A DNA stretch of 64,000 nt from a virus: the IMG/VR virus record IMGVR_UViG_3300043395_003024, positions 32,001-96,000 of that record, one strand, 5' to 3'. The notes beneath the pieces were generated by a model, which was given only the letters and a program-made list of their open reading frames with translations, was not told the DNA's origin and did not search any database. How positions within the stretch are numbered: the stretch's first letter is position 1; each line of letters starts with the position of its first letter. Position numbers and translations under genes: made by a program. Of the stretch, positions 33,917-43,403 are shown piece by piece.

Positions 33917-34317
33917 CAGTCACAAATCCTGTGGACAATATAGCTGTACAGCGTTTTGCCAACGAAGCGGATAAACGCGCAGCAAATGCAAGAGTCCTAA
34001 AAAACGTTCTAGAAGTCATGTTTTTTTGGCTAGAGGAGGACCAGGAAAATCTTGACGACGATGACCAAGTAGAAATTTTTACTGACTTCTTATGGTCTAT
34101 TGCCGTTTCTGCCCTGTCTTCGACAAATATAAACATTATCGGCAAAGACGAGAATGGTCGCCTAATTGCGACAATTGAGCCGTATGAGTCGGTCAAGGAT
34201 TTCCTAATCAAGGAAGACATAGGCGAAGACGACCATGTCTTTTATGAGGATTTCCTAGAGAGTGTTGGGCTCGACTCTGGCTTTGGGCGTCACGACGACA
34301 AGTTCATGAGGTCGTAG
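33913..34317 (+). CDS. Acidic hypothetical protein
   Basis: ATGA-coupled to the previous paralogue. Confidence 0.75.
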   Translation: MTVTNPVDNIAVQRFANEADKRAANARVLKNVLEVMFFWLEEDQENLDDDDQVEIFTDFLWSIAVSALSSTNINIIGKDENGRLIATIEPYESVKDFLIKEDIGEDDHVFYEDFLESVGLDSGFGRHDDKFMRS

Positions 34318-34336
34318 TTAAATAGGGTTAACCCTA

Positions 34337-35059
34337 TTACTTCTTTCTGCCGCCGCCAGTCTTCCCCTTGCCCTTACTGCCGGCGCCCTTAACATTCTTG
34401 GCCCGTTCTCTCTGCCGTTGCGCGTTGCGAATCGCTGACTTCGGCAAAGGCGGACGTATTGGTAGGCCCGGCTTTCTGGTTGTTGTTGCGCCACGCGGCC
34501 GGTTGACAATGTCGCTGGACCCAGTTCTTGCCTTGGCAATGTTGAGCTTGTCGACTTGGGCCAACAGATTGTCTGGCTTGGTAGAACGTGGTGCAATCTT
34601 GGTTTTACCAAAACTTGCGCCGTTTCTATTCATGCGGCGCTGAACCTTAGCCTCTAGCTCGCGGAACTTCTTCGGCCTCGTGCGTCCGACGTACCATGTA
34701 CCCTCTGGGGTCTTCGAGCTTCCAGCCTTGCGTCCGCCCGGCACGCCACGGTCGACGAACTCCTGGGTAACAGATTTCTTCATCTGCCCACCAGTTCTCC
34801 AGTCTTTGGCTATTGCGCTTCTCGGCTTTGAGCCGCCATACCTAGCCATCTCTGCCAGGTCACCAAGCTTGCCTTTCTCAAATCTATCGCCGCCAACACC
34901 AAAAATATCTTTTGCTATCTGCTTGTATGAGGTATATCTGGCTGTATCACGCTTGCTGAGTTTCAGGCCCTTACGCATGCGGGCTTGGGCGTCTTTAACA
35001 AAGTCAACAATTTCAGCAGCATCGTCTGAAATGTCTGGGCCGTAGCGTACTCCGGGCAT
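34337..35059 (-). CDS. Highly basic Lys/Arg-rich protein
   Basis: GAGGAG RBS; strongly K/R/G-biased composition. Confidence 0.7.
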   Translation of the reverse strand: MPGVRYGPDISDDAAEIVDFVKDAQARMRKGLKLSKRDTARYTSYKQIAKDIFGVGGDRFEKGKLGDLAEMARYGGSKPRSAIAKDWRTGGQMKKSVTQEFVDRGVPGGRKAGSSKTPEGTWYVGRTRPKKFRELEAKVQRRMNRNGASFGKTKIAPRSTKPDNLLAQVDKLNIAKARTGSSDIVNRPRGATTTRKPGLPIRPPLPKSAIRNAQRQRERAKNVKGAGSKGKGKTGGGRKK

Positions 35060-35106
35060 AGTGCTCCTCTAGTCTGTTCAACAAATATACCAGAAAACAC
35101 TTTTAT

Positions 35107-35664
35107 TTATCTGTCAGGATTTGGCGGTCTTTCGATAGAAAATGATTCCTGCTCAACTGAGCCAGGTGGAGCCTCGATTGGAATCCATGCGCGGGCGTAA
35201 ATATGTTCTTTTAGTTTTCTTGTTTTTAGTAGTGAGCCATCGAGCATTATTGATAGCTCTTCTGCTCGCATGCAAAGCATGTCCTCAAAGTCCGATACAC
35301 CGTATTTGCCTGAACGCTTTACAGCTCGCACTATTTCAGACGTCTTTTTGGCTAAAACCTGGGAATGACCTCTATTTAGCCTGAGGTGCAGAAGCATTGC
35401 GTCGATTTTATCTAAATCATGGAATATGACAGGAATCTTGCCAGAGCTCTTTTTTAGTATTTGCGGAATATTCGTCGCTAGAAGAAACCGCTCAGAGCCG
35501 TCAATAATTTCCCCCGTAGCCAGCCTTACGTGAATCGGTTGAATAAAACCAAACTGAGATAGTGATGCTGATATGACAAGCATCTCTGGACGAAGCGTAT
35601 ATGTTGCTCTCCATTCTGGGACCGAAAGAACCGATGGGTCAACGTATTCAATATTAATACTCAT
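35107..35664 (-). CDS. ParB/Srx-like protein (IbrB-like)
   Basis: SLSQFGFIQPI, IIDGSER and LNRG motifs; coupled to the PAPS reductase gene. Confidence 0.8.
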   Translation of the reverse strand: MSINIEYVDPSVLSVPEWRATYTLRPEMLVISASLSQFGFIQPIHVRLATGEIIDGSERFLLATNIPQILKKSSGKIPVIFHDLDKIDAMLLHLRLNRGHSQVLAKKTSEIVRAVKRSGKYGVSDFEDMLCMRAEELSIMLDGSLLKTRKLKEHIYARAWIPIEAPPGSVEQESFSIERPPNPDR

Positions 35665-36793
35665 AAATGTCTGCTCTTTCCATTTCGACGGCCCTTATTG
35701 CGTGAGCCTTAGTCTTTGGCCCAACTGGCGTCGGCGAGTTAACGTCTATGTCGTTGAGCATCAGGTTTCTGATTAGCCAGCTAACTGGGTAACCATGAGG
35801 GTCAGTCAGGTGTTTCTTTCTGAATTTTGAAACATATGCTCTTGCTTCTGTTTTTCTTCTATCGCCGATTAGGTACTCGTCGATAAAACTTGATGCACCG
35901 TCAAACCCAAGACGCGCATAGCTTTCTATTAGCTGCTCGGAGTCAAACTCTGGCCAAAGCCTGCGCTGCGCATCGATGTATGGAAAGCACTCAAAAAGCC
36001 TGTCATAGAATTCTGGCTCAGTCGCTATAACGTCACCGATTCTTCGAATTGCGGTTGCGTGGAGGGGTATGCCAACGCGCGTATTGCTTCCAGTCATTGC
36101 GGCCAGGTCATAATACTCGCAGTACTCAGCACCATGTTCTTCAATGATGAACTTGAAAACATCATTCGTGTTCCAGTCATAAATGACTTTTGCGAACTTG
36201 AGTGGTATTCCTTTTTTTAGCTTGTATGGCGTATTGATATAGTTTTCATGCAGCTTTTGAACAATTGACCTATACCTGACCATTGATTCACTTGCGCGTA
36301 CTCCTGTAAGAAAAGCAACATTTCCTCTTTTGCCCTGCATTGTGTAGTAGTCGGTTTGCTCTGGCAGCGAAACGCTGTGACTGAGACCAAAATGTTTTCC
36401 GCTTATTGCCCAGGGCGGCATTTGACGGACCCATCTATCCTGGTCGAAGCGCTCCTGGCTCCACAGCAGTGTTGTGATTCTGTAACCGAGCACCCATATT
36501 TCGGCAGGATACGGAAGGCAGTACCATTCCATGTCGACCCAATCATAATTCCGTACTCTTTCGACGTAGTCTGCAACGACAGGGCTAACCATTTCTTCGT
36601 CACGGAAAATAACCTTCACAGGGCCAAGACCGCGCTCTTCATGCACTTCTTTTGCAAGCAGCAAGACAGCGGTGGAGTCCTTGCCGCCAGAAAACTGGAC
36701 ACAGACAGTGTCAAATGTGTCGTAAACGTGTCTGATTCTTTGTCGAGCAGCGTCTACGCAACTCATGTCTAGGAAAAGCCTCTGACGTGTCAT
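35654..36793 (-). CDS. PAPS-reductase-family PP-loop protein (IbrA-like)
   Basis: FSGGKDS, FRDEE, TGVRASESMVR and IYDWNTNDV motifs. Confidence 0.88.
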   Translation of the reverse strand: MTRQRLFLDMSCVDAARQRIRHVYDTFDTVCVQFSGGKDSTAVLLLAKEVHEERGLGPVKVIFRDEEMVSPVVADYVERVRNYDWVDMEWYCLPYPAEIWVLGYRITTLLWSQERFDQDRWVRQMPPWAISGKHFGLSHSVSLPEQTDYYTMQGKRGNVAFLTGVRASESMVRYRSIVQKLHENYINTPYKLKKGIPLKFAKVIYDWNTNDVFKFIIEEHGAEYCEYYDLAAMTGSNTRVGIPLHATAIRRIGDVIATEPEFYDRLFECFPYIDAQRRLWPEFDSEQLIESYARLGFDGASSFIDEYLIGDRRKTEARAYVSKFRKKHLTDPHGYPVSWLIRNLMLNDIDVNSPTPVGPKTKAHAIRAVEMERADIYEY

Positions 36794-36794
36794 G

Positions 36795-36995
36795 TCAGTA
36801 TTTTGCGATTTGGTTCAGGCGTAGATTTTCGGCTCTAAGTTCATTGTTTATGCTTAGGGCCTGTTCAGCTATTGACTTCCAGTGGTCGCATTCAGCAATG
36901 CGTTTTGTGAGTACTTCGAGCACTTCGGCGCATTCTGTTTTTGAAATACGACCTCTACCCAGGAGGTAGATGCATTTTTGCTCAATTTGGTCCAT
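36795..36995 (-). CDS. Hypothetical protein (66 aa)
   Basis: Fills the operon gap exactly. Confidence 0.6.
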   Translation of the reverse strand: MDQIEQKCIYLLGRGRISKTECAEVLEVLTKRIAECDHWKSIAEQALSINNELRAENLRLNQIAKY

Positions 36996-36996
36996 T

Positions 36997-37869
36997 TTAA
37001 ATCTCGATGTGTTGGTCTATGAAATCGATTAATTTTTCCGCTGTTGTGTTTCCGACAACTGCTGGGTCAGAGCGAAGCCACTTAATGAATTCGTACCACC
37101 GAGCTTGTTGCGCAGTATTGTCAAACACTAGCGTGTATTGGACTACGGCCTGTGGAGCGGAACCAGGAGCAACCGTTGTTGAGCCTCGAACGACTGCGTC
37201 GTTTTGGTCAATCCCCGGTCTGATATCTATGCGCTGCTTGCCGTCGTCCGTCTGCGTAACGGAAACAGCATTTCTGTCTAGCGCCGGCCTGGCGTGGGAT
37301 GGTTCTTCATGCTCATCCTCCTCGTAATCTTCGTACCTATCCAGTTTTGTGCTTCCGGACGTAAACCCATTCCCGGACGTATCGGAAATAACTGGAGGGA
37401 TAAATCCAGCCCCAGGCTCAATAATCCTGTTGTCCTGGCGAATGACCTTTTGCTCTATCTCCGCAGTAGAAAACTCATCCCACCCCAGGCCCGTCATTAG
37501 TTCTGGGTAGACATCTGCAAGCTCCAGAATGACTTCGTTTAGAAGCTCCGGCTCAGTGTATCCAAGTTCCATTGTTCGGTTGTCCGCAATGGCAAACGCA
37601 ATAGCCCGCTCGCCGTCAACCTCGTATGGAACGGCTGCTATTTTGTCCCACCCAAGCTGCTTGGCTGCCTGTAGCTGGTGATTTCCGGCGATTACGGTTG
37701 CCGTGCCATCATCGTTTGGGCGTATAACGATTGGCTTGACCTGCCCAAACTCTTTGTATGACGACATAATCGCCGCAACATCGCCGCGCCGCGGGTTATT
37801 GTCGAGGGGGATAAGGTCGTCTATGTCGACAGCCAGGGAAATGAGCGATTCATGTATTCCGTGCGCCAT
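36997..37869 (-). CDS. ParB N-terminal domain protein
   Basis: NNPRRGD, SYKEFGQVKPIV, IAGNH and IADNRT motifs. Confidence 0.88.
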   Translation of the reverse strand: MAHGIHESLISLAVDIDDLIPLDNNPRRGDVAAIMSSYKEFGQVKPIVIRPNDDGTATVIAGNHQLQAAKQLGWDKIAAVPYEVDGERAIAFAIADNRTMELGYTEPELLNEVILELADVYPELMTGLGWDEFSTAEIEQKVIRQDNRIIEPGAGFIPPVISDTSGNGFTSGSTKLDRYEDYEEDEHEEPSHARPALDRNAVSVTQTDDGKQRIDIRPGIDQNDAVVRGSTTVAPGSAPQAVVQYTLVFDNTAQQARWYEFIKWLRSDPAVVGNTTAEKLIDFIDQHIEI

Positions 37870-37873
37870 TGTG

Positions 37874-38215
37874 TTATACCTGCGTTCTTACGTTTGCGTT
37901 AAGGGTTCTTATTGCATCCATGGAGGAGCGAACAGAGAGAAGTTTTTCCCTTTTTGCTTTGACCAAGGCCTCGGCACATTTGTACTCAAATAGCTCTTGG
38001 TCCAGCTTGTAGTCAGCCCAAGCCTCGCGTTCCTTAATTGAACCCTTGGCAGAAAGGTACTCACGGGCCCAATTAGCCTTGTATAGGGCCTCTTTTTTGG
38101 CCATGTCCATCGATAGCGACTCGAACTGCTCTGTTTCGTTTTCAAGACTGTCCATCAGTCTTAGAAGTTCTTGCTCAATATCTACCTGACTGATAGGTGT
38201 CGTTCTCATTCTCAT
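37874..38215 (-). CDS. Coiled-coil hypothetical protein
   Basis: Helical heptad pattern; coupled to the RuvC-like gene. Confidence 0.65.
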   Translation of the reverse strand: MRMRTTPISQVDIEQELLRLMDSLENETEQFESLSMDMAKKEALYKANWAREYLSAKGSIKEREAWADYKLDQELFEYKCAEALVKAKREKLLSVRSSMDAIRTLNANVRTQV

Positions 38216-38742
38216 ATTCCCTCTTCAATTAAGTCGTTTATCGGCGACCAGTCTACTTTTGTCAAGCCGTCGAGCTGTTCTTTTGTCCAGAATATTGTTG
38301 ACTTTTTGGTGTATGTAAGAACCATTTGCTCCAGCACCCAGGCATCGCATTCATCGTCTGCGCCGGCACCGAGAAACGTGAGACCAGTCTTTGCCGATAT
38401 TGCCGATATGACTTCGGCCTTCCCGGCATTCCCCTTCCCGGTTGCGAACTTCGCCCTACAGGTGGGCGGAACGTCGACAAACGGGATTCCTGACTCCCAA
38501 AGCCTCATGCGGACAGCTCCGCCAAGTTCACCAATACTGTGCGCCTGGCTATTGCGTGAGGCAAATGAATACCCTTCGATAATAACGGCGTCTATATTAT
38601 GTTTGATAATTAAATCAATAATCTCATTAGAGACTATTGACAATCTTTCTGGGCCTTTTGTTTTTGTTGAGATTATTCCGGTTTCGCCGTTTATGCAGTA
38701 TCCGGTAGACGTGAGTGAAAGGTCAAGCCCCAGAAAGTGCAT
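38212..38742 (-). CDS. ruvC: RuvC-like Holliday junction resolvase
   Basis: LGLDLSLTSTG, IEGYSF, ATGKGNAGK and DDECDA acidic motifs. Confidence 0.88.
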   Translation of the reverse strand: MHFLGLDLSLTSTGYCINGETGIISTKTKGPERLSIVSNEIIDLIIKHNIDAVIIEGYSFASRNSQAHSIGELGGAVRMRLWESGIPFVDVPPTCRAKFATGKGNAGKAEVISAISAKTGLTFLGAGADDECDAWVLEQMVLTYTKKSTIFWTKEQLDGLTKVDWSPINDLIEEGI

Positions 38743-38857
38743 AATCGCTGACTATAGCAAATACAAAGGCGGGCAGTTGCTCAACTAGAACATCCACCCG
38801 CCGATGTACCTATACCATCCCCAGGTAGCGATTACTGAGAATGATTAAATAATACAC

Positions 38858-39214
38858 TCACTCCCAGGAATGCTTGGCCAGTCCTAGAGAAAAAGCCAAT
38901 TCTGGCTCATTTCCTATCCGCGTATGGCATTGACGGCATACGGATACAAGGTTTTCCCTGTCAAGAATTGAACCACCCTGCGAACGTCTAATTAGCTCGT
39001 GAATGTCAACGCTATTTCTATGGATGAACGTTGATAGCCCATCATGTTTTGCGAACAGCGGACAAGCAAAACAAAGCGGAAACTCGGCCAACATTTCAGC
39101 GACAATCTTGCGACGCTCAACATAGACCTTCTCTGTTTTTTTACTGCGTTTTGCTATTGGTTTAGCCTGACGCTTCAGTGGCGTCCGCTTCATCGGTTTC
39201 TTACGCTCCATCAA
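38858..39214 (-). CDS. HNH endonuclease
   Basis: CxxC..DIHE..RSQGG..ENLVSVCRQCH pattern. Confidence 0.85.
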   Translation of the reverse strand: MMERKKPMKRTPLKRQAKPIAKRSKKTEKVYVERRKIVAEMLAEFPLCFACPLFAKHDGLSTFIHRNSVDIHELIRRSQGGSILDRENLVSVCRQCHTRIGNEPELAFSLGLAKHSWE

Positions 39215-39228
39215 AGCGCAAGACTACA

Positions 39229-39744
39229 TCAAAGATTGTCGTTGTTAATGAGGTCGAACGTCCATTTTCCGTCAAGACAGTCCCAAAGTGAACGGTCGAT
39301 TGCCGTATCCTCAAGGTCAAACTCTCGGAGCATATTGCGGTGTGTGATAATAGCCCTGCGGTAGAAGTCGACTTCTTTCCAGCCATCGCTTTGCGTGGCC
39401 TCGCCGGTTTCAATCATCACGCAGACTTCGTCAAGCTTTCTATCAACATGGTACTTAAATCTCTTGATTTTGCTTGCCTTGTCGTCGTAATAGCGGCGAG
39501 TTTCGTTCGTAAGTTTGTTCCCCTTGGAACCGAGAGAGGAGTATCGCCTTTGGTCTGACTCGTTGTCTGCCTCGATTGATTCAATCTGACGCTGCAGATT
39601 CTCGGAAAGAGCAACAAGTGCTCGCTTCCATCTATCCCAGTTTTCTGGACGACGGAGTTCTTCACGCTCAATAGGTGTTACCTTGTTTTTGACCTCTTCG
39701 GCAACCATTCTGGCGAAGGTGTCATCATTCCATTTTGCGCTCAT
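39229..39744 (-). CDS. Hypothetical protein
   Basis: ATG 39744 preceded by AGGA; helical protein. Confidence 0.7.
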   Translation of the reverse strand: MSAKWNDDTFARMVAEEVKNKVTPIEREELRRPENWDRWKRALVALSENLQRQIESIEADNESDQRRYSSLGSKGNKLTNETRRYYDDKASKIKRFKYHVDRKLDEVCVMIETGEATQSDGWKEVDFYRRAIITHRNMLREFDLEDTAIDRSLWDCLDGKWTFDLINNDNL

Positions 39745-39754
39745 AAAAGATTTC

Positions 39755-40537
39755 CTATCGCTGCCACGCTGGGCAAATCGACTTGAATCCACACCAGTTA
39801 CAGAGGATTGTTTTGTTTGGCTCAAAATACCCTTCCTTGCATCTCTTTTCGATTCCCTGTCTTACTTCGGCGATAACTGACGCGACTTTATTGACATCAT
39901 CTGCCGTAATTTCTTTCGCAAACCTCACTCCATCTTTCAGATAGAGAAGTTCCACTTCAAGTTTTTCTGCATCAATTCCAGCGCTTTTTAGCAACTGAGT
40001 GTAAATGATTAATTGGAAAAACTTGTCATCGATGTAGTTTTTTTTCGGAGTTTTGCCGGTCTTATAGTCAGAAACTTTTGCCGTATTTCCAGAAAAATGA
40101 AGTCTATCTATAAATCCATGCAGTTTAATCCCGGAAATCTCGCCCTCCACATGCTCTTCTATGGCATAGGGCTCAACTTCCATTGGCTCCTCAAGAGCCC
40201 ATAGATTTTCAACACACCACCACGCAGTCCATCTGAAAAGCTTTAACTCTTTTTCAGAACGAATGAGCGTTGTTACTTGTTCTTCCCACTTTGACGCCCA
40301 TAAATCACGGGCCAGAATTCTCGCCGTGTCCTGCGTTCTCTGTTCTGCCGGAAGCGCATACATCGTTTCGAGTATTTCATGAACAAAGTTTCCCAACATT
40401 GTTGCCTCTGTTGGCGAATCCATGAGTCCATCTATCTTGCTGAACTTGAACTTCAGCGGGCATTGCTGAAACGTGGAGATGGAAGACGGTGAAAGTCTGT
40501 CTGGGGCTACAAGGAGCGCTGGCTCATCAGTTGCCAT
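39755..40537 (-). CDS. RecB/AddB-like PD-(D/E)xK exonuclease with Fe-S cysteines
   Basis: LSPSS..CP, GFIDR, DYKTGK, QLxxY and CxxCxxxxxC motifs. Confidence 0.9.
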   Translation of the reverse strand: MATDEPALLVAPDRLSPSSISTFQQCPLKFKFSKIDGLMDSPTEATMLGNFVHEILETMYALPAEQRTQDTARILARDLWASKWEEQVTTLIRSEKELKLFRWTAWWCVENLWALEEPMEVEPYAIEEHVEGEISGIKLHGFIDRLHFSGNTAKVSDYKTGKTPKKNYIDDKFFQLIIYTQLLKSAGIDAEKLEVELLYLKDGVRFAKEITADDVNKVASVIAEVRQGIEKRCKEGYFEPNKTILCNWCGFKSICPAWQR

Positions 40538-41204
40538 CTGTTTCCTCTACTAGCGTTGCGCCGAAAGATAGACGCATTGCTTCGACAACAAGCGCGTCGA
40601 TGTCGTCTTCGGTTGCAGTAGTCAGTGTCGGCTTGGGCTTGCCGCCAGAGTGCTTTTCCCAGAAGCTATTCAGTGAATCCTTTTGCTCCTGTGACAGCGT
40701 CTTGGTGATTGAAACGAAATTGGACCACTTCTCTCCGAGGGGGGAGACTGGCTGTTCCTGTGGGGCTGAGTAGATGGCATCTTCGGCGTCCAACGCATCT
40801 GCTGAACGGGCCAGGTAGAGGCCAACTCCGAGCTGCTGGGCGGCTTTCTTGAGTGCGTCCGAAACTGCGCCCTTGAAATCATTGCCGAGGTCAACTGGCT
40901 TGTTGTCCTTTTTCTGTCGCTTAACCGTCTGGCCGCCGAATCCGTCCTTGACAACCTTGTTTCCGTTGATGGTTGCAGTCAGAGACACGTGAGCGATTAT
41001 TTCGTCAGTGTCAACGTGGTCACGGTACACGGACTGAATCTTGAAAGACCAGCTGTCAACGCCTAGAACCTTGTTGAGCCTATTGATTACTTCGCTGATT
41101 GGTAGATAGACGAGCGAGACACCGCTCTTTACGAGCGTCTTTTCCATTTCTTCGGGAAACGGCTCCGCGAGCAGTCGAGCGATTTCGTTGCTATTTGTTG
41201 TCAT
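40527..41204 (-). CDS. Rad52/Sak-family single-strand annealing protein
   Basis: VINRLNKVLG..W and KGAVSDALKKAAQQLGVGLYL motifs. Confidence 0.88.
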   Translation of the reverse strand: MTTNSNEIARLLAEPFPEEMEKTLVKSGVSLVYLPISEVINRLNKVLGVDSWSFKIQSVYRDHVDTDEIIAHVSLTATINGNKVVKDGFGGQTVKRQKKDNKPVDLGNDFKGAVSDALKKAAQQLGVGLYLARSADALDAEDAIYSAPQEQPVSPLGEKWSNFVSITKTLSQEQKDSLNSFWEKHSGGKPKPTLTTATEDDIDALVVEAMRLSFGATLVEETDGN

Positions 41205-41215
41205 TTTCTTTCTTT

Positions 41216-41710
41216 CTATGACTTTGGTTTGCGGACAATGATGCTGGTCTTGAGGTCGCCAACTTCGCTGAAGTTATCTGCGTTCAGACCAATTTTGTTC
41301 AGTTCTTTGATTCTCCAGTACGAAGGAGCGCAGTATGTAAGCATCTCCTCTGCTATCTCTTTTGGAGACTTTGTGATTTCTCCGGTGTCCATGTCAATTG
41401 ACATCTTCACGAGGCGGTCGGCAACGGCAGAACCGAGGTCAGCATGCTTCCAACCCTTTCTGTCGTAAGAAGACTTCTTTTCAATTGTTGTTCCATCTGG
41501 GAGAAGAAGCGTCTCGGTAGGTCCCATTATCTCGGAAAGTGCTCCAGCAAATGAGTCATAGACGATGGAGACATCTCTCTTCAGAAAGTTCAGTTCAGCG
41601 AGAGCGACACCAGCTTCTTCTGCTGTGGGGTTGTCTCTCAGAAAAGACGCAACGACATTATCCAAATCAATGATTGCGGAACGGAGTTCTTGGATTTTAT
41701 CCAAGCTCAT
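41216..41710 (-). CDS. Hypothetical protein
   Basis: GAGG RBS; within the operon. Confidence 0.7.
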   Translation of the reverse strand: MSLDKIQELRSAIIDLDNVVASFLRDNPTAEEAGVALAELNFLKRDVSIVYDSFAGALSEIMGPTETLLLPDGTTIEKKSSYDRKGWKHADLGSAVADRLVKMSIDMDTGEITKSPKEIAEEMLTYCAPSYWRIKELNKIGLNADNFSEVGDLKTSIIVRKPKS

Positions 41711-41746
41711 TATTAGTACCTCGTATGTGTCTAGTTTGGTGATGGT

Positions 41747-43060
41747 CTAGAAGATTATAGAAGCCCTCTTGCGCTGCGGCAACCCTAGCCCAGTCAAAAA
41801 GGTAAAAGCCCCAACAGCGGAGTCAACCTGGTCATCATGGTTTGCTGCTTCAGGAAATGAAGAAAATTCATCGAGCCAGTCGGTGAGCCACGCAGAGCGG
41901 ACTAACCGAACATTTCCATTAGCGGCTGCGGCAGCGAATGGCCTAGCCCTGGTCACCTTATCTCCGGTCGGCCTCATGGCGCCAAAGTCATAGCCCGGAA
42001 CTACGTATCTGGCATATTGGTCAACAAGTGCCTTGCCGGAAGAACCAGGTTCCTGCTCCATCCTTATTGAAACTCCGTACCCATCGTCTTCCGCGGTCTC
42101 GGCAATCAACTGTTCGACCTTTTCACCCCTAACGCGGGCTTTCTTTACGTCCAAGATGTATGCGATTCCGCCGTCAAATAGCATCAAGGTACCCACCGTC
42201 CAGTCTGGGTCTGGATTCCCGGCATGTGGTTCCGTGGCGGCAAGGTCCCAAAACCTGACAACCCTGGCAGAATTAGTGATTAGGGGTATCTCGTCTGGGT
42301 CAATAATTATGAAAGATTCCCGCTGGAAAAGGCTTCCCAGGGTGGTCGACCACCAGTCGCCCTCCTCTAGCCGCCTTCTTTCCACGGGGTCCAGGGCGGA
42401 TAGGGCCTGACGGTAGGAATCAGCGTCAATTCCGGGGTTATCCTTGAGTGTGGATGGGACAAAAACCCTTCCGGCTTCCTTGCCTTCTACAATAAACCTC
42501 TGCCGGACCCAGTTGGGGGCGGGGTTTGACGCGGCCCTCATTCTGAGCGGAACCTGGGCAATCGGGCCGCTGGCTGGACGACGGAGTCGGGAGAACAGGT
42601 ATCTGTAGTCAGATTCACGTATTTCGGTGACCTCATCCATGCCTATGAACTGGAATTCAGAGCCCTTATAGCGTAAATAGTCATTAACATTATTTAGATA
42701 TCCAAAAGAAATGCGCGCTCCAGAGGGGAAGGTCGCCACGAATGTGTTGTTATTCCAGTGAACATCGTCGTAGTTGCTCATCCATGACTTAAAGCGGTCC
42801 ATTAGAGCGCCGGGCAGCGATAGGTCAGCAAATGTGCGGCGGAAAAGAATTGCCGAGTAGTTAGGTACATCTACATACTGGAGAGCCGCCATGAGAAGAG
42901 CAGAAGATTTACCCCCACCGGCCGCTCCCCCGAAAAGGCCCTCCAGGGAGTTGGTTCTCAGGAATACTTTTTGGTTTATCGATGGCTCTTCGGGGCAGTA
43001 TGGCGGCATTTTAGGGCTGAGATACTCCAGTACTTCTTCCCAATTTGCTTTTCCAGCCAT
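41747..43060 (-). CDS. terL: Terminase large subunit
   Basis: GGAAGGGKS Walker A, IGMDE Walker B, ASNP, WDLAA and HDDQVD nuclease motifs. Confidence 0.95.
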   Translation of the reverse strand: MAGKANWEEVLEYLSPKMPPYCPEEPSINQKVFLRTNSLEGLFGGAAGGGKSSALLMAALQYVDVPNYSAILFRRTFADLSLPGALMDRFKSWMSNYDDVHWNNNTFVATFPSGARISFGYLNNVNDYLRYKGSEFQFIGMDEVTEIRESDYRYLFSRLRRPASGPIAQVPLRMRAASNPAPNWVRQRFIVEGKEAGRVFVPSTLKDNPGIDADSYRQALSALDPVERRRLEEGDWWSTTLGSLFQRESFIIIDPDEIPLITNSARVVRFWDLAATEPHAGNPDPDWTVGTLMLFDGGIAYILDVKKARVRGEKVEQLIAETAEDDGYGVSIRMEQEPGSSGKALVDQYARYVVPGYDFGAMRPTGDKVTRARPFAAAAANGNVRLVRSAWLTDWLDEFSSFPEAANHDDQVDSAVGAFTFLTGLGLPQRKRASIIF

Positions 43061-43129
43061 AAAATTATAAGAACCAATCAACAAGACTCTTTGTGCATCA
43101 GAGCCAACTTATGCGCTACTGTATCGTAC

Positions 43130-43396
43130 ATGCCCCCAGCGCAAGTAGAATTAAAAAACACACGGCGAAAAATCAAAAAGGCACTGAAGGCCGCCTCATC
43201 TCGAATTGTATTGACAGCGAGAATCTTTCGCAGATGGGTCCAAAGCAAGGCTAATCGCGGAACTTTCGCAAATATATTAATGCTTTGCTTTATAATATTT
43301 TGTAGTATTGGAGCAGGAATGATATTTTTCCCTGCCGGTTGGGTGGTCGCTGGTGTCTGTTGCGGAATTTTCGGTTTCTTGTTGGGTGCTGAGTAG
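43130..43396 (+). CDS. Small membrane protein preceding the portal
   Basis: Basic N-terminus and two hydrophobic segments; TACTGT lies 7 nt before the ATG. Confidence 0.6.
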   Translation: MPPAQVELKNTRRKIKKALKAASSRIVLTARIFRRWVQSKANRGTFANILMLCFIIFCSIGAGMIFFPAGWVVAGVCCGIFGFLLGAE

Positions 43397-43403
43397 ATAG
43401 CGC

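Noticed and set aside
38171-38788. 205-aa + strand ORF
   Set aside because: Fully antisense to the well-supported RuvC-like gene and has no motifs.
39755-40537. Cas4-like nuclease as evidence of CRISPR-Cas
   Set aside because: No array or other cas genes; it sits beside a Sak annealase as a standard phage recombination exonuclease.
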